64,000 nucleotides of DNA from Malacoraja senta (lineage: Eukaryota). A program made the position numbers and the translations under genes. Positions within the stretch are counted from its first letter, which is position 1. Each line of letters begins with the position of its first letter. The notes beneath the pieces were generated by a model, which saw nothing but the letters and a program-made list of their open reading frames with translations, did no database searches and was not told the origin of the DNA. This document shows positions 47,851 to 60,200 of this stretch, one piece after another. The DNA is taken from positions 1-64,000 of the forward strand of contig JAXLNO010002598.1 in assembly GCA_038087875.1 (NCBI GenBank). The letters are read 5' to 3'.

Positions 47851-50800
47851 GTCGTGAATAACAGGATGGTTTATTCAGGCATTGTAAAGGCTCTGTCTCA
47901 CGGTGTTGCGGTCATTGGCGGTGAAGCGCGGCATCGCCGGAAGAGGGGACCGCACGGCAACCACGAGAGCGCCGCGCGGATGCTGTGCGGGGGCCGAGTA
48001 TTCTCCGTACGGCTCGTTCCACTAGCTTGCGGCGTCGGGTGATGACGTCATCACGCGATGACGTCTTTCGGATCGCGGGGCTATGGCGGCGGACGTGACG
48101 CACACGTGCCTCACTGGCGGCGGCTGTGGCCGTGGCCGTGCCGCACACGTGCCTCACTGGCGGCGGCTGTGGCGGTGAAAGTTCGACTCACGGCGCTCGT
48201 GCCGCACTGGCGGCGGCAGTGGCGGAGACCGTGCCGCACTCGTGCCTCACTGGCGGCCGCTGTGCGGTAGGAAATTATTTTTAGACATTGTTGACTTTTT
48301 GTGAGCACCGTGCGGTGTTGGGACCAACGCCGCACGGCCCCGGCGGTGTGCGTTTGACCGAACCCGCGGTCTCTGGCGGTCCACGAGCTGTAGATACTTC
48401 CTGTATCACCGCCAATGACCGCAGACTCGTGAGACAGGCCTTTTAGTTGACAATACATGGAGGTTTAACACTCTAACATAACAGTTGTAGTTGTTGAGAG
48501 GCTGTTGCCTCGTGGGCTCGGTTGTGCTCCTGCTGCGGTGGCAGGACACTCTCATGAAGTCAGAGGAGGAGCCAGAGACAGAGAACAAGAGAGAGGGAAG
48601 GTCAGGACTTATATACTGGGACACACCCAATATATCTCGTGACTCTTTCCCAGGGTTGCCGAGGGTTCGCATAGGAGGAGTGGCCTAACCATTAGGTGCC
48701 GCTACAATACTTCTAATAAAATAAAAAATAAATAAAAATCATGCCTGACATCTTCTCCAGATGAAATCCCACGACCTGCCCAGTCTTTTCAGTAAGTTCC
48801 ATCCTCTCAGTTATGCCGTTATTCTCATGAACATTCCTTGTGTTTTCCCCCATCGTTCCACATCTCGGCGGCTCTATCCGCTTTCTGTCTGCATGACAGT
48901 GGTGATAAGAGTTGGGAAATGGGAATTATCAGAGGGTTACAGAAATTTGGAGAAATTCCCGGTGTTGGGATGAGGATGGTCCATCTCAATCAATTGAGAT
49001 TTGTGTTTTATTTATTTCAGGAAGAAGCTGGGCGCAAGCGAAGGTAGGACATTGTCTTGATGGAAACATTGTACGTTTTTGTGGAACAACTCAAAACATT
49101 TCTAATCCTCAGTTTATAACCAGCTGTTAGATATTTCCAGGGTTCGTGATGAAGCCAAACCACTGTCGGTGGTAAATGAAGCCTTGCCGATTGAAAAGTT
49201 TCATTGCCCTGTTTCGTTCAACACCACATTCAAAGAAATATCTGAGGACTTCAAGCAAGGTAGACCGTATACCTTTTCCATTATTCTTGTTTCTGACATC
49301 TTTATGCCGTACACCTGACACCTAACACCTTATAATTTCCCAGCCTCGCACAGCCCGGTTTGAACTTCCCCACAAAATCCATAAACACAACTACCCTGTC
49401 CCACTGAAATAATTTCCACGTACTTCGACACCATCCTATCCCCCCCTGTTCCAATCCGTACCAACCTATGTCCAAGATACCTCACAATCCCTTCGTCCCT
49501 TTAATGACTTCTGCTTTCAGAGCCTCCACCCTCTTATCTTTACCATGGACATTCATTCACTCTACACCTCCATCCCCCACCAGGAAGGCCTTAAAGTCCA
49601 CCGTTTCTTCCTCGACCGCAGAACCATCCAATTTCCCTCTACTAACACTACACCGCCTAGCGGAGCTGGTTCTCACTCTTAATAACCTCCTTCGAATCCA
49701 AGGACCTATCCCCGAACTCTATCTCCATTACATTGATGACTGCATCGGTGCTACCTCCTGCACCCATGCAGAAATCATGGAGCATCAACTTCACCACTAA
49801 TTTCCATCCTGCAATCAAATCACCGACACCTCCCTCCCCTTTCTTGATCTTACATTCTCCATCACGGGAAATAGACTATCGATAGACATCTATTACAAAC
49901 CCACTGAATCCCACAACTATCTCGACAACACTTCTCCCTACCCTGCTTCATGCAAAGACTCTATCCCCTACTCCCAATTGGTCCATCTACGCTGCATCTG
50001 CGCCCAAGATGAGGTATTCCATTCCAGGAAATCTGAGATGTCCACATTCTTTAGGGAACTTGGGTTCCCCTCCCCTATCATAGATGAGGCTCGCCCTAGT
50101 CACAACTTAGACAGAGCCACCCTTGTCCTTACCTTTCACCCCATCAGCCGCCACACACAGCACATAATCCTCCAAAATTTCCGCCACCTCCAATGGGATC
50201 CCACCACTAGCCACATTTTCCCATCTCCTCCCCTTTCTACCTTCCGCAAAGACCATTCCCTCTGCACCTTCTTGGTTAACTCACCCCTTCCCACCTAAAC
50301 CACCCCTTCCCCAATACGTTCCCCTGCAACCGCAGAAGATGCAACACCGGTACCTATACAATAGACAAAAAACAACAGGTGCAGGAGTAGGCCATTTGGC
50401 CCTTCGAGCCAGCACCTCCATTCAATGTGATCATGGCTGATCATCCCCAATCAGTACCCCGTTCCTGCCTTCTCCCCATATCCCCTGACTCCACTACCTT
50501 TCAGAGCCCTATCTTGAAAGCATCCAGAGAACCAGCCTCCCTCGCCCTCTGAGGCAGAGAATTCCACAGACTCGCTACTCTCTGTGAGAAAATTTTTTCT
50601 TCGTCTCCATTCTAAATGGCTTACTCCTTATTCTTAAACTGTGGCCACTGGTTCTGGACTCCCCCAACATCGGGAACATGTTTCTTGCCTCTAGCGTGTC
50701 CAAATCCTTAACAATCTTATATGTTTCAATGAGATCTCCTCTCATCCTTCTAAGCTCCAGAGTGTACAAGCCCAGCCGCTCCATTCTCTCAGCATATGAC

Positions 50801-52215
50801 AGTCCCGCCATCCCGGGAATTAACATTGTAAACCTACGCTGCACTCCCTCAATAGCAAGAATCTCCTTCCTCAAATTAGGGGACCAAAACTGCACACAAT
50901 ACTCCAGGTGTGGTCTCACTAGGGCTCTGTACAACTGCAGAAGGACCTCTTTGCTCCTATATTCAATTCCTCTTGTTATAAAGGCCAACATGCCATTCGC
51001 TTTCTTCACTGCCTGCTGTACCTGCATGCTTACTTTCATAAACTGATGAACAAAGACCCCTAGATCCCGTTGTACTTCCCCTTTCCCCAACTTGACACAC
51101 ATTTATCCTCATTAAACTTCATCTGCCATGCATCTGCCCACTCCCCCAACCAGTCCAAGTCACCCTGCATTCTCATAGCATCCTCCTCACAGTTCACACT
51201 GCCACCCAGCTTAGTGTCATCTGCAAATTTGCTAATGTTACTTTGAATCCCTTCATCCAAATCATACCACCTCTCTTGACTCTGTCCAGGAACCCCAACA
51301 GTCCTTTCAGGTTAGGCAGAGGTTCACTTGCACCTCCTCCAACCTCATCTACTGTATTTATTGTTCAAGATGTGGACTCTTATACATCGATGAGACCAAA
51401 CGCAGACTGGGCGATCGTTTCGCTGAACACCTTCGCTCAATCTGCCTGAACCTACCTGATCTCTCGGTGGCTAAAACTTTAATTTTCCTTCCCATTCCCA
51501 CACAGACATTTCTGTCCTAGGTCTCCTCCATTGTCACAGTGAGGATGAATGCAAAATGGAGGAACAGCATCTCATATTTTGCTTGGGCAGTTTACAGCCC
51601 AGTGGTATGAAATGTTGATTTCTCTAACTTCAGGTAGCCCTGGCATTCCCTCTCTCTCTTTCCCTCCCCACCCAAGTCACACTAGTTTCTCGTTTTCACC
51701 TAATAAATAGCTAACAATGGCCTGTTTAATCTCATCGTTATATTTTGCATATCTTCCATTCATTGTTCTTTATCTCTTTACATCATCGCCTATATCTTTT
51801 GTTTCCCTTATCCATAACCAGTCTGAAGAAGGGTCTTGAACCGAAACGTCACCCACTCCTTCTCTCCAGAGATGCTGCCTGTCCCGCTGAATTACTCCAG
51901 CTTTTTGAGTCTATAACCATAACCATAACCATAACAGCACGGAAACAGGCCATCTCGGCCCTTCAAGTCCGTGCCGAACACTTTTTTTTTTTTAATTTTT
52001 TTTTTTTTTATTATAAAAACTCCCCCCTAGTCCCATCTACCTGCACTCAGACCATAACCCTCCATTCCTTTCCCGTCCATATACCCATCCAATCTATTTT
52101 TAAAGGATAACATCGAACCTGCCTCCACCACTTCCACTGGAAGCTCATTCCACACAGCTACCACTCTCTGAGTAAAGAAGTTCCCCCTAATGTTACCCCT
52201 AAACTTCTGTCCCTT

Positions 52216-52695
52216 CAGAATTTGAGAATTCTTGGTGTTTCAGAGGGGGCAGAAGGGGAGCAGGTACGTGAATTTGCCATGGGCTTGTTGAAACAACTGT
52301 TGAATCTTTCCAAGGAACCGAAAATCGAAGTGGCTCATCGTGTCCCAAGATTTAAACCAAGATCTGGTGCGGGAAAAGCTTATCCACGACATATTATTGT
52401 GAAATTTTGGGATACTGTAGAACTGGAATATGTTATGAGCAAAATCAAATACGGTGTACAACTGCGGATGGACAAGGACACTATTAAGATATTCAGGGAC
52501 TACCCGTATGAAATTGTGCAAAAAAGAAACAAATTTGATAAGGTTAAAGATCTTTTAAGAGGGAGAGAAGGGACCATATTTGGGGTTTTTTACCCCGCGA
52601 AAATGCGTATTTCCTTTAATGGTCTTGAAAAGTCATTTGTTAAGCCTGAAGACGCATTCAAATATGCCCAAACTATCGTTGAAAAACAGAAATGA
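52216..52695 (+). CDS. L1 ORF1p C-terminal part (RRM/CTD; Transposase_22-like), truncated
   Basis: QNLRILGVSEG..IEVAHRV..PRHIIVKF..IKIFRDYPYEIVQKRNKFDKVK..FGVFYPAKMRISFNG..F.KPEDA. Confidence 0.9.
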   Translation, partial: QNLRILGVSEGAEGEQVREFAMGLLKQLLNLSKEPKIEVAHRVPRFKPRSGAGKAYPRHIIVKFWDTVELEYVMSKIKYGVQLRMDKDTIKIFRDYPYEIVQKRNKFDKVKDLLRGREGTIFGVFYPAKMRISFNGLEKSFVKPEDAFKYAQTIVEKQK

Positions 52696-53504
52696 AAGGG
52701 AGTTTTGGCAGATCTGTACTATTCAAAGCAATGCTTTGTCTGGGGATAGTTACACTGTTATCTTTGGAATGTTGAATCAAGGACATTTTCTGTTCAAAAC
52801 GTGTAAACAACTGAACAGTTGGAATATAAACCAGAAAATAATTGCTTATTGATTAAAATATTATAACCAATTGTAAGAACTTATCCTATTAACAACCTAA
52901 CAAGTTATGTAGGTTAGATTAGAATACTAACAAAAACAAAAAGAAAAAATAATGAACTAACATAATAATATGAATTTTTAATAATTTGTAACCTTATCTA
53001 TAAGTGGGAGGAGGGGATGAGAAACGAGCACCTGGCTTATGTCCAGGGGCACGTCTCGTTAACCCCTTCAACCAACAGTTGATTCTTATTGAAGTCAAAA
53101 ATATTGGTTTAATAATTAAACTCCGATATATATATATGTTATAAGGAAATATCAGGGTAAAATTGTATTATATATCTGAATGTGAGGCCTCGTTTTAATA
53201 TTTTAATATGTTATGATTAACTAAGAGAGCGGAGCTATTTGTGTAACAACGCAATGGAAGTCAAAACAAGGTTTTTTCCCACCTACAGGTGGGACACTCG
53301 CTACAGTGCCAACTATATTAGACACTAGCCTCACTTTTTTAGTTTTTTTTTTACCACATAAAATCACTTGTTTGTGTTTTGTGTTTAGTGATAAGCGTAA
53401 AATGGACATACCAGCAAAATTTAATAATTCAAAAACTCCCCCAATACCTAAAGACCTGGGATATGGACGCACCACAAGATTCAAAGGTACTATAATTATT
53501 CAAA

Positions 53505-56500
53505 ATGCATGACACCACACAAAAGAACCTAGGAGGAATCTCATTTTGTAGTTGGAATATAAGAGGTATTAACGAACCTATTAAAAGGGGTAAGATACTA
53601 GCTCAGCTGAAACTGTACAACTCTGACATTACCTTCCTACAAGAAACACACCTAAAACCTCAGGATCAAGTTAGACTGAGGGCGAAATGGATAGGTCAAA
53701 CATACCATTCTTCATTTACTTCAAAATCTAGAGGCACGTCAATCATCATAAGAAAAGGTATACCATTTAAAGCAAAGAATATTATAACAGATATAGAAGG
53801 GAGATACCTAATAGTTAATGGAGAAATCCATGACACTCCACTTACTTTGGTAAATATATATGCCCCTAACTTTGATAACCCCCACTTTTTCAATAAAATT
53901 TTCAACATAATTGCAGAGTCAAACTATCAAAATGTTATAATAGGAGGAGACTTTAACTGTGTTTTAGACCCGTACTTAGATAAATCAAGTCAAAAACAGA
54001 GAGGGAATATGAAATCGAAAACTGGGGAACTCCTCAATACCTATATAAATAACACTAATATAGCAGATGTTTGGAGAATTGTTAATCCAACTGGCAGGGA
54101 ATATTCGTTTTACTCAATGGTACATAAGACATACTCACGTATAGACTACTTTCTGCTGGATACAAAATTAATCCCCCAAACATCTAATGCAATATACCAT
54201 ACAAATTCAATTTCAGACCATTCCCCACTAACTTTCTTTTTAAAACTGGAAGGATTGTCTAAGAATAAATCGTTCTGGAGATTTAATTTTAAAAGATCCA
54301 CAAGCGAGTATATATTTAAAAGAACAAATGGAGGTCTTTTTTCAAACAAATGATACTTCAGATATATCGCCTACTTTATTTTGGGAATCTTTTAAAGCAT
54401 ACATTAGGGGTATTATAATTTCATATCAAGCTTTTCAAAATAAAAGGAATAAGAATGAACAAAGACAGTTAGAAGAACTTATTAGACAAATGGATATAGA
54501 TAATGCTAAAGATCCATCAATAGATAAACATAATAAAATAATAATTTTAAAATTTAAATTAAATAAATTATTATCTGCCAAACTTATAAGACTTTTTCAA
54601 ATTACAAAACAAGAGCACTTTGAATTTGGGGATAAACCGCATAAACTTTTGGCTCGCCAGCTAAAAAAACGAGAAAAGGAACATACTATACCAAAGATCA
54701 AATCAGATAAAGGGGAATTATTAACAACACCGAAGGATATTAATAAAAGATTTGCGCAATTTTACGAGAATTTGTATACATCTAAAACGATAATTGATTC
54801 CGATAATATCACAAAGTTCTTGGATACCTGTAATCTTCCAAAGTTAGAGCTGAAGGAACAAGAGGAACTGGGTGCACAAATCTCAATTAAGGAATTAGAA
54901 GATACAATAAACTCATTAAAGAATGGAAAAACACCAGGCCCTGATGGATTTACTAATGAATTTTATAAAAGCTTTTATGATAAACTAATACCAAGATTAC
55001 AAAAAATGTACCAATACGCTTTTAAAAAACGAATACTACCTGATACATTAGCGGAATCAACGATTACATTAATACCTAAGAAAAATAAAGATTTAGAAGA
55101 ACCTGGTTCATATAGAGCTATAGCATTGTTAAACACAGATCAAAAAATATTAGCGAAAACATTAGCTAGAAGATTAAGTAAATACATTAGTAAATTAATA
55201 AACCCAGATCAGACAGGGTTTATCCCTAAGAGATACTCTTCTAATAATATGAGACGTCTACTCAACATAATGCACTCACACAAATCTGAAGATCAAGAAT
55301 TATCAATTATTTCGCTGGATGCTGAAAAAGCATTTGATCAAGTAGAATGGAATTATATGGATAAAGTATTACAAAAATTTCAACTGGGAGAGAATTTTAT
55401 TTTATGGATTAAGTTACTATATAATAAACCTACAGCTAGAATACTAACTAATAACATATTATCCTCGAAATTTCAACTATCAAGGGGAAATAGACAAGGA
55501 TGCTCATTATCACCACAGCTGTTTGCTCTCATTATTGAACCGCTAGCAGAAAAAATTAGAATACACCCTGATATTCATGGATATAATACTCAAGACTCAT
55601 ATAATAAAATATCTTTATACGCGGATGATATATTACTGTATATAACAAAACCTCAAATCACTATACCAAATATATTAAATTTAATTGAAGACTTTGGATC
55701 TTTTTCTGGATATAGAATAAATTGGAATAAAAGTGAAATTATGTCAATAAAACCGAAAGATTCAACACATCTTTTAAAATTACCTTTTAAAATAGCTACA
55801 GAAAAATTTAAATATTTGGGAATCGAAATTACCAGAACATATCAAGGTATGTTTAGGGCAAATTTTGACCCCCTACTTAATAAATTAAATACACTAATTA
55901 AATTCTGGAAAACGCTCCCGATGTCTTTAATAGGCCGAATAAACGCAATAAAAATGATCTTTTTACCACAAATTTTATACCTATTTCAATCAATTCCTAT
56001 ATACTTACCTAAGAAGTTTTTTAAAAAACTCGACTCAGATATCACTAATTTTATATGGGACTATAAATCACATAGAATACAAAAAACTCATCTGAATAAA
56101 CCTAAAGTATTGGGGGGTTTAGCACAACCTAATTTTATGTATTATTATTGGTCAGTAAATATTAAAAACATGATTCAACTGATGGATAACTCCGCCCAGC
56201 AAGTAGACTGGATTGTAATGGAGAAAGAGGATTGCTCCTCTAGAAACATTGGAGCGATCCTCCTCTCTCCAATGAAACTGAATAACATAAATTATAATAA
56301 GAACCCAATTATTCATAGTACAATCCGTATTTGGAAACAAATAAAACAAAATTTAAAATTAAGAAATTTATCACTTTTATTACCTATAGTCAATAACCCT
56401 TCGTTTAGTCCTTCTATTATAGATAAAGCTTATACACAATGGGATAGACTAGGAATTAAAACGCTTGGTGACTTGTATGAAACTGGAAAATTACTTTCAT

Positions 56501-57288
56501 TTCAACAATTACAAATAAAATATAAACTCGGAAATAATCAATATTTTAAATATTTTCAAATATGCGACTATTTGAAAAAATATACAAAAGATCATTATAA
56601 TAACCCAGTAGATGTATTGGACGAGGCAATGCAGATAAAAGCGGAATCAGCAAACTTAATATCATATTTGTATAATATTATTTTAAATGTACAAATACCA
56701 CCTACGGAGGGTATCAGAAGAGACTGGGAACAAGAGTTAGCTATTAAAATTTCAAAGGAAAGTTGGAATGAATACTTATTAAACGTGCATAAATGCTCGA
56801 TTAATGTAAGACACACTTTAATACAATTTAAAATTTTACATAGATTATATTATTCGAAAACTAAAATTCATAAAATTTTCCCAAACGTATCATCTATTTG
56901 TGATAAATGTCAATCCCAAGAAGCTACTATAGCGCACTCATTCGTCTTCTGTACAAAAATTCAAACATTTTGGAATGAAATTTTTGAAATCTTTACAAAG
57001 TTATTTAAAACAAGACTGATACCCAAAGCAGAATGGATTATCTTCGGAATAACGGAAGATGATCCAGAACTAAATATGTTTCAAAAGAAATTAATGGACT
57101 ATGGGTTAATAACTGGAAAAAAGCTAATTCTAAAATTTTGGAAGAAGGCTCCAATACCAACTATAAATATGTGGATTTCAAATATGTTTGAAACATTACA
57201 CCTAGAAGAGATAAGACTCCTCCTAGCAGGTAAATCAGATCACTTCCACCTGACATGGTCTGCATTTATAGAATTATTACAAACATAG
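53505..57288 (+). CDS. L1 ORF2p (APE endonuclease, RT, C-terminal CCHC knuckle) with one frameshift near 54285
   Basis: 53505-54353: SWNIRG, FLQETH, NIYAPN, GGDFN, SRIDY, SDH. 54328-57288: KTPGPDG, LDAEKAFD, RQGCSLSP, LYADD, CDKCQSQEATIAHSFVFC (Cx2Cx8Hx4C). Confidence 0.95.
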
Positions 57289-60200
57289 GGTGCAAAAGTA
57301 CTTTAAAAAAAAATAAAAAAATTGAGGTCAGGTAAGGGGGGATGATAGTTGAAGAGTTGGTATGTCCTATTTACGTAATACTCAAAAAAAAAAAAAAACT
57401 TTTTTTTTTTTTTTTTTTTTCCTCTCTTTTTTTTTTCCTAGGGCCTATCTCTTAACTCTTTTTTTTTTTAGTTTTTAATTTCGCTCTTATAGGGTCTTCG
57501 TCCTTTTTTGTTGTTACATTTTCTACACTTTTCTACACTTTCACTTTTTCCTTCACTTTCTTCTTTCTTTCAATCTTTTCCTTTTCTAGTGTAAAAAAAA
57601 AAAAAAAAAACTTCTGTCCCTTAATTCTCAAGTCATGTCCCCTTGTTTGAATCTTCCCTACTCTCAATGGGAAAAGCTTATCCACGTCCACTCTGTCTAA
57701 CCCGCTCATAATTTTAAAGACCTCTATCAAGTCCCCTCTTAACCTTCTGCGCTCCAAAGAATAAAGACCTAACTTGTTCAACCTTTCTCTGTAACTTAGT
57801 TGCTGAAACCCAGGCAACATTCTAGTAAATCTCCTCTGTACTCTCTCTATTTTGTTGACATCCTTCCTATAATTAGGCGACCAAAATTGTACTCCATACT
57901 CCAGAATTGGCCTCACCAATGCCTTGTACAATTTTAACATTACATCCCAACTTCTATATTCAATGCTCTGATTTATAAAGGCCAGCACACCAAAAGCTTT
58001 CTTTACCACCCTATCTACATGAGATTCCACCTTCAGGGAACTATGCACAGTTATTCCTAGATCCCTCTGTTCAACTGCATTCCTCAATTCGCTACCATTT
58101 ACCATGTACGTCCTATTTTGATTTGTCCTGCCGAGATGTAGCACCTCACATTTATCAGCATTAAACTCCATCTGCCATCTTTCAGCCCACTCTTCCAAAT
58201 GGCCTAAATCTCTCTGTAGACTTTGAAAATCGACTTCATTATCCACAACACCACCTATCTTAGTATCATCTGCATACTTACTAATCCAATTTTCCACACC
58301 ATCATCCAGATCATTAATGTACATGACAAACAACAGTGGACCCAACACAGACCCCTGAGGCATCCCACTAGTCACCGGCCTCCAACCTGACAAACAGCCA
58401 TCCACCATTACTCTCTGGCATCTCCCATTCAGCCACTGTTGAATCCATCTTGCTACTCCACCATTAATACCCAACAATTGAATCTTCTTAACCAACCTTC
58501 CATGAGGAACCTTGTCAAAGGCCTTACTGAAGTCCATATAGACTACATCCACTGCTTTACCCTCATCAATTTCCCTTGTAACCTCTTCGAAAAATTCAAG
58601 AAGATTAGTCAAGCATGACCTTCCAGGCACAAATCCATGTTGACTGTTCCTAATCAGACCCTGCTTATCCAGATGCTTATATATATTATCTTTAAGTATC
58701 CTTTCCATTAATTTGCCCACCACTGACGTCAAACTAACAGATCTATAATTGCTAGGTTTACTCTTGGAACCCTTTTTAAACAACGGAACAACATGCGCAG
58801 TACGCCAATCCTCCGGCACTATTCCCGTTTCTAATGACATTTGAAATATTTCTGTCATAGCCCCTGCTATTTCTACACTAACTTCCCTCAATGTCCATGG
58901 GAATATCCTGTCAGGACCTGGAGACTTATCCGTTTTCATATTTTTCAAAAGTGTTCGCACCTCCTCTTCTTTGAATCTCATAGTTTCCATTGCTACTCTG
59001 CTTGTTTCCTTTACCTCACATAATTCCATATCCTTCTCCTTGGTGAATACCGAAGAAAAGAAATTGTTCAAAAGCTCCCCCATCTCTTTTGGCTCTGCAG
59101 ATAGCTGTCCACTCTGACTCTCTAATGGACCAATTTTATTCCTTGTTATCCTTTTGCTATTAATATAGGTGAAGAAACCCTTTGGATTTACTTTCACCTT
59201 ACTTGCCAAAGCAACCTCATATCTTCTTTTAGCTTTTCTAATTTCTTTCTTAATATTCTTTTTACATTCTTTATACTCCTCAAGCACCTCATTTACTCCA
59301 TGCTGCCTATAATTATTGTAGATCTCTTTTTCTGAACCAAGTGTCCAATTTCCCTTGAAAACCATGGCTCTTTCCAATTTTTACTATTTCCTTTCAACCG
59401 AACAGGGACATAAAGATTCTGTACTCTTAAAATGTCACCCTTAAATGTCCTCCATTTCTCTTCTACATCCTTCCCTTAAAACAACATGTCCCAATTCACT
59501 CCTTTTAAATCCTTTCGCATCTCCTCAAAGTTATCCTTTCTCCAATCAAAAATCTCAACCCTAGGTCCACTTCTGACCCTCTCCATAATTATATTGAAAC
59601 TAATGGTATTGTGATCACTGGACCCAAAGTGCTCCCCGACGCACACCTCCGCTACCTGCCCTGTCTCATTTCCTAACAGGAGGTCCAGCACTGCCCCTTC
59701 TCTAGTAGGTACCTCTATGTATTGCTGAAAAAAACGATCCTGCACACATTTTACAAACTCCAAACCATCCAGTCGTTTTACAGAATGTGTTTCCCAGTCT
59801 ATGTGTGGAAAATTGAAATCTCCCACAATCACTACCTTGTGCTTACTACTAATATCTGCTATCTCCTCACATATTTGCTCTTCCAATTCTCGCTCCCCAT
59901 TTGGCGGTCTATAATACACCCCTATAAGTGTTGCTACACCTTTCCCATTTCTCAGTTCCACCCAAATAGCCTCCCTAGACGAGCCCTCTAATCTATCCTG
60001 CCAAAGCACTGCTGTAATATCTTCCTTGACAAGCAATGCAACACCCCCACCTCTTGCCCCTCCAATTCTATCACCCCTGAAGCAACGAAATCCTGGAATA
60101 TTTAGTTTCCAATCACAGCCCTCCTGCAGCCATGTTTCACTGATCGCCACAACATCATACTTCCAGGTGTCAATCCAGGGTCTAAGCTCATCCACCTTTC

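Larger units (their letters stand above)
52216..57607 (+). mobile_element. L1-clade LINE, 5'-truncated within ORF1, with poly(A) tail and 15-bp TSD
   Basis: TSD AAACTTCTGTCCCTT at 52201-52215 and 57608-57622; A-run 57593-57610; strongly AT-rich relative to its flanks. Confidence 0.96.
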
